Shown: one piece after another, positions 59,260 through 64,000 of the stretch
How positions within the stretch are numbered: position 1 is the stretch's first letter
Layout: each line of letters starts with the position of its first letter
Assembly: GCF_009914755.1 (NCBI RefSeq)
Contig: NC_060929.1
DNA length: 64,000 nucleotides
From: the human T2T-CHM13v2.0 reference genome, Homo sapiens
Strand: one strand, 5' to 3'
Translations under genes and position numbers: made by a program
The notes under the pieces: model-generated
The model's database searches: none
Told to the model about the DNA's origin: nothing
Seen by the model: the letters and a program-made list of their open reading frames with translations, nothing else

Positions 59260-61890
59260 AGTTTATTAAGTGTCATCCAGGTAAAGTCTGATACCAAATA
59301 GTCTCCTAGGTGACAAACTCAAGTTCAAGTTCATGTGTTTGAATGTATACTATCATGTTCGTATTGGAAGGAAACAAAAAAAAGGAAATGTTCAAGAGCA
59401 AACACTGAATGTTTCCCCTTTGGACAGTAATAGTCACGTAAACCACGCAGCTGTAGAATACTATGTTTTTAGACATTCCTGGTAGCAGTGGGGGAGGGAA
59501 GAAAACAAAACTAGACAGATGGTGAAAGAACTTAGCATTATCCTCTTAGCAGAGATTTGTCACACTGCAAGGGAGGGGTGGCACCAACCCCGTTTAGTAT
59601 GCAGCTCTATTGTGAACAGAAAGCTGTCGCGGAGGGCCAGCTTCAAACTGGTGAATGCGCGGGTACTAAAGAGCAGGAGCTAAAGAGCAGGAGCCGTCAG
59701 CAGAGTAAATAGCCATGAGGTCTGTCCTTTCATGTCCTCAGGAGTTTATTTCTTTATGGCATGCATTTTATTAACATTAGCAAGGATAGAAAGGAAATAA
59801 AACTAAAGCAATAAAAAAAATTAAAAATGGGTGAATCAAAGCTGCATTCCTTTGGGAAAAGTGTCCTGGTACAGCATCTCCCTGGGAAAACACACAACAC
59901 TGATTTTTCCCTTAGGAACAAGACTAAAACCAAAGCAAAATACAATCTTCTGTTATGATTGTACCAATGAGCTGTGAACAGTGCAAAACACTGGCAGGAA
60001 TAATGGAGAATGGGCAACGGAAACCTGCCCTGTAATTAATGGAATAAAAGAAATCGGATCATATTCCTCTTCCACTCAACCCCTTCAAATAAACTATTTT
60101 CCACTCAAAGGGAGCAGCTAGGCACTAACTGTGAGGAAGACTTCGGTCCTTAGTTCTTCCTGTTCTGGTACAGCATGACTCAGGCAAACAGCTCTAGTTT
60201 CATGAGTATGACTGTAATGCTAGTTCTCAATTTAATTCAACCAGTTCAACAAATCCTCATCAAATACTCTTCTATCTGGAAGGCACAACTGTAGATGTTA
60301 GAAATCACAGCAAACATGAGAATCACCATTTTCACCATCCAGAAGTTCATAGACACACAAGGATCTCCTTAAAGTAAGGCTGATTGTATTGAGAGATGGG
60401 AAATGGGAGAAGGGAAGTGGGTGAAAGTGGGGTAAACCTGATCAGCATTGTTTCAGCAGAGGTTCTCAGATATACTGAGCATGAGTAATCAGCAAGAATG
60501 TATATTCCTGGCCTCTAGTTTAGGGCCCAGGAATATGCATTTTAATAAACACATGTGGTATTCCCGATGAATTTATTCCAGAAACTACATTTAGGCCACA
60601 TTGGCTTAGGGATGGCTTCAAGCAGACCTATTATACTTTTGCTCCCAGACTAATAGACAATCCCCAGAAGGAGATTTCTCCTTGAAATCTGGGGTGAGTC
60701 TTCTACACTATTTACCTATTGCATAATCTGATTATGGATCCCAACTATCTACAAAACACAGTTTCCAAATGTGATTTTTCAAAAACAAAAAAGGAATTAA
60801 TTGAGTTCTTGACTCACATAAGATGACTTGTTGATATTGACTCCAGAGGTTCACTACCCCACCACCAAAGAAACCCAAAAAACGTGGGTACTATCGGTAG
60901 CCTCTGTTTTCAACCACAGCAAGAAATTTCCCATATTTGTATTTAACCTCAGTTTTGCCTACAATGGCTACAAGTATGTACAGGTGCGGTTCTATATCAG
61001 AAATGAAACCAACTCACTGATCATGAATATACACTACCCCAGAAAGTAGTTAAAAGTACCTCTTTATCTTTTCCATAAGGTGCACTTCAGTCCCTACAGA
61101 ATCCACTTCAGAAATCCCTTCTCGCTGGTCCCTCCTTTTTCTCACCTCCCCCAAATCCATGATTTCCCTGATCTTTTCTATTTCTCTGGCCTAGGTGTCC
61201 CTGTTGCAGTCATGAAGGGCCCATTGCCTCTGACACTATAGTGAGACTGAGGGTTGGCATGTTCTTACTGTGTATTTGTAGGAGAAAGCTTTAAATCCTT
61301 CTCTTTGTTAAGAGTGGACCATCTGCAAGACAAACTGTCATCTCCACGATTTTGCTGTGTTATTATGCTTACCGAGTTTCCATCTCTTTATTTTACCAAA
61401 GATTGTTTTAATCTCATGGGATATTGGGAATGAGATATCCCAGTCTCACTATAGGAAAGTAGAGAGAGAGAGAGACAAAAATTTTCATCACATTCCAGAT
61501 AGCAGTGTGTCAACTTCTAGATCAGTTTCCCCTGGCTAATACCCTGAGTAGCCCTCAGTATGAAAGCAGCCTTACAGTGGAGATAAAGTAACAGGCAGAG
61601 CAGGAGCTGCTATTAATAATTAATTGAGCCTATCACCTCTAAACATCCGAGGACCAGCCACCGAAGAAGAAAGCATCAGGGGTCATATTACCCCGCAAAA
61701 CCATCTTTACAAGAAGCTGATCTTGACTCAGGTCTAGGTTACTGCCAAATTAGAAGTGGGGAGGAAATGTGTCCCAAAGGTACGAATAGACTAATCTCTG
61801 TTAGGGACATCTTAGTAACAAGAAATTTTTAAGTGTCCAGGGTTGGAGGAGAGGGGATGGGAGGAGTATTATTGGCCTCTGAGAAATTTA

Positions 61891-62211
<321 letters not shown>

Positions 62212-63529
62212 TGAGAAATTCTGAAGTGGAAAAATTCACCTTCCCAGCCGAATCTCTTTGTGATTGTATGCCCCAAAGTTCATTTCTATGTCCTGCCAAA
62301 CCTCTAGAGAATTGAGTAGTAAACTTCAAATTGTGCTAAATACCGGGTTCAGATGAACTGAAAATCAGATTATAGCCTACACTGTAAACACAAATCTCAT
62401 TTTCTTAGAGCAAATCGGGTTGCTGAAGCAGTTCACACTGACCATTAAAATATTGCGTATAAATATAACAAAGCAATTAATATGCTAATGATCCTATTTT
62501 TTAATGAAAATTCAGCAAATCATCAGGTAATATATCTGATTCAAAAATAACTGAAAATCCAGGAAATAAGGTACTTAACAAGAGTAACACAAGCCATTCT
62601 CTAATAGTATAAAAACATTTACAGAACTATATACATAGTTTTAATTCTCCTTTTTCACCTGGCATGAAATTTTCTCAGACAGAAAGTTAAATATGTAACA
62701 TTTCTAACCAATTTAGGTAAATGTTGGATTTAACAATTTAGTTTCATTGTTATATTAGTGGACTTCCAAATACTTTCATGCAAAGCTGAAATCATAGCAA
62801 TAAACTTGTTAAAAATTAGCAGAAAAGCAAGCCATTGGAGTAACTGGCCCAGGGATTGCTCTAGTATTCAGTCCAGCAAAAGGAGATAAATTATAGTACT
62901 TTCTAAGTGCATTTCTGGAAAAGAATGAATCTAATCCAATTCTAATTATCTCCTATACTCTCTCTGCTTATTCAAAATCCAATCATTTTCTTCTATATTA
63001 CACTGAAATAAATAATTTTTGGTTTAATGCAATAAAAAGAGAATTGTTGGTAAATGTTATAGGGTTAAGTAAAAATAATGTTTATTTGGCAATTATCAAG
63101 TATAGGAACTGCAAAGACAAAACTATTCTAAAAGGTTTTTTTAAACATTTTAAAAAGACTTAGGAAACCAAATGTTTGAGATTCAAAGCTTGATTCTCAT
63201 AATTTGAAATTAGACAACAAAAAAGAACAGACAAATTATAAAGAAATAATTATTATTTCTCCATGGTTTTACAACAAAATTTTTTATTAAGATTTCCCAC
63301 ACGCAAGAGAACTTTCCTGCTAAAACAGGAGAATTGAGTTCAAGTAGGAAATAACCTTTTTAAAATAGAAGAACAAGTACACTGGGACAAAGTTCACAGC
63401 AAAAGACAGGCCTCGCCATGAAATTTCCCACACCTAATGAAATTAGGACTTTTATGGTAAAACAAAACAAAACAAAACAAAAAACAGTTCTTATTTTCAG
63501 TTTCCCAAAGAAATCATTTTCAAAGCCAG

Positions 63530-64000
63530 ACACTCTCCCTCTCCCCACCCTCCACCCTCAAGTAAGCCTTGGTGTCTGTTGTTCCCTTCTTTGTGTTCAC
63601 ATGGACTCAAGGTTTAGCTCCCACTTATAAGTGAGTTTAGCTCACTTATAAGTGAGAACAAGTATTTGGTTTTCTTTTCCCTGACATTAATCTGCTTACG
63701 ATTATGGCCTCCAGCTTCATCTATGTTGCTGCAAAGGAAATGAGCTCATTCTTTTCTATGGCTATAGTATTCCATGGTATATATGTACTATATTTTCTTT
63801 ATCCAGTCTACCATTGATGGGTATTTAGGTTGATTCCATGACTTTGCTATTGTGAATAGTGCTGCAATGAACATATGTGTGCATGTGTCTTGTGGCAGAA
63901 TGATTTATGTTCCTTTGGGTATATGCTCAATAACGGGATTGCTAGGTCAAATGGTACTCTGTTTTAAGTCCTTTGAGAAATCGCCACACTGCTTTCCACA
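63530..64000 (-). mobile_element. L1PA/L1PB 3' region, running off the window end
   Basis: tttagctcccacttataagtgag, ggcctccagcttcatc, tttgctattgtgaatagtgctgcaatgaacat. Confidence 0.9.

Noticed and set aside
63614-63656. Duplicated palindrome (ct)cacttataagtgag
   Set aside because: Native L1 3' motif with a small local duplication.

Overview
Primate (very likely human) genomic DNA. It is AT-rich and CpG-depleted, with about 33 Alu elements plus L1, L2, MIR, MaLR/ERV LTR and DNA-transposon fossils. Only one protein-coding exon is supported: a + strand terminal exon at 58950-59236, with a good acceptor, a coiled-coil reading frame and AATAAA just after the stop. From memory it matches the C-terminus of CCDC192. 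The preceding ~59 kb looks like one long intron. Almost all ORFs in the track derive from Alus, microsatellites or Tigger1. The most notable unexplained structure is a ~150-bp non-Alu inverted repeat (55937-56088 / 57406-57576) whose two perfectly matching blocks contain a poly(A) hexamer and a branch-point/3' splice-site motif. It lies next to a candidate alternative last exon (55481). Other notable features are a back-to-back bidirectional poly(A) signal after the last exon, a fold-back rearrangement scar with a nested AluY, a foreign insert inside an AluJ, and a full-length Tigger1 with nested insertions. Repeat subfamily names come from recalled consensus motifs, not a database search, and boundaries are approximate. 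No new biological system is demonstrated; the functional ideas are hypotheses.
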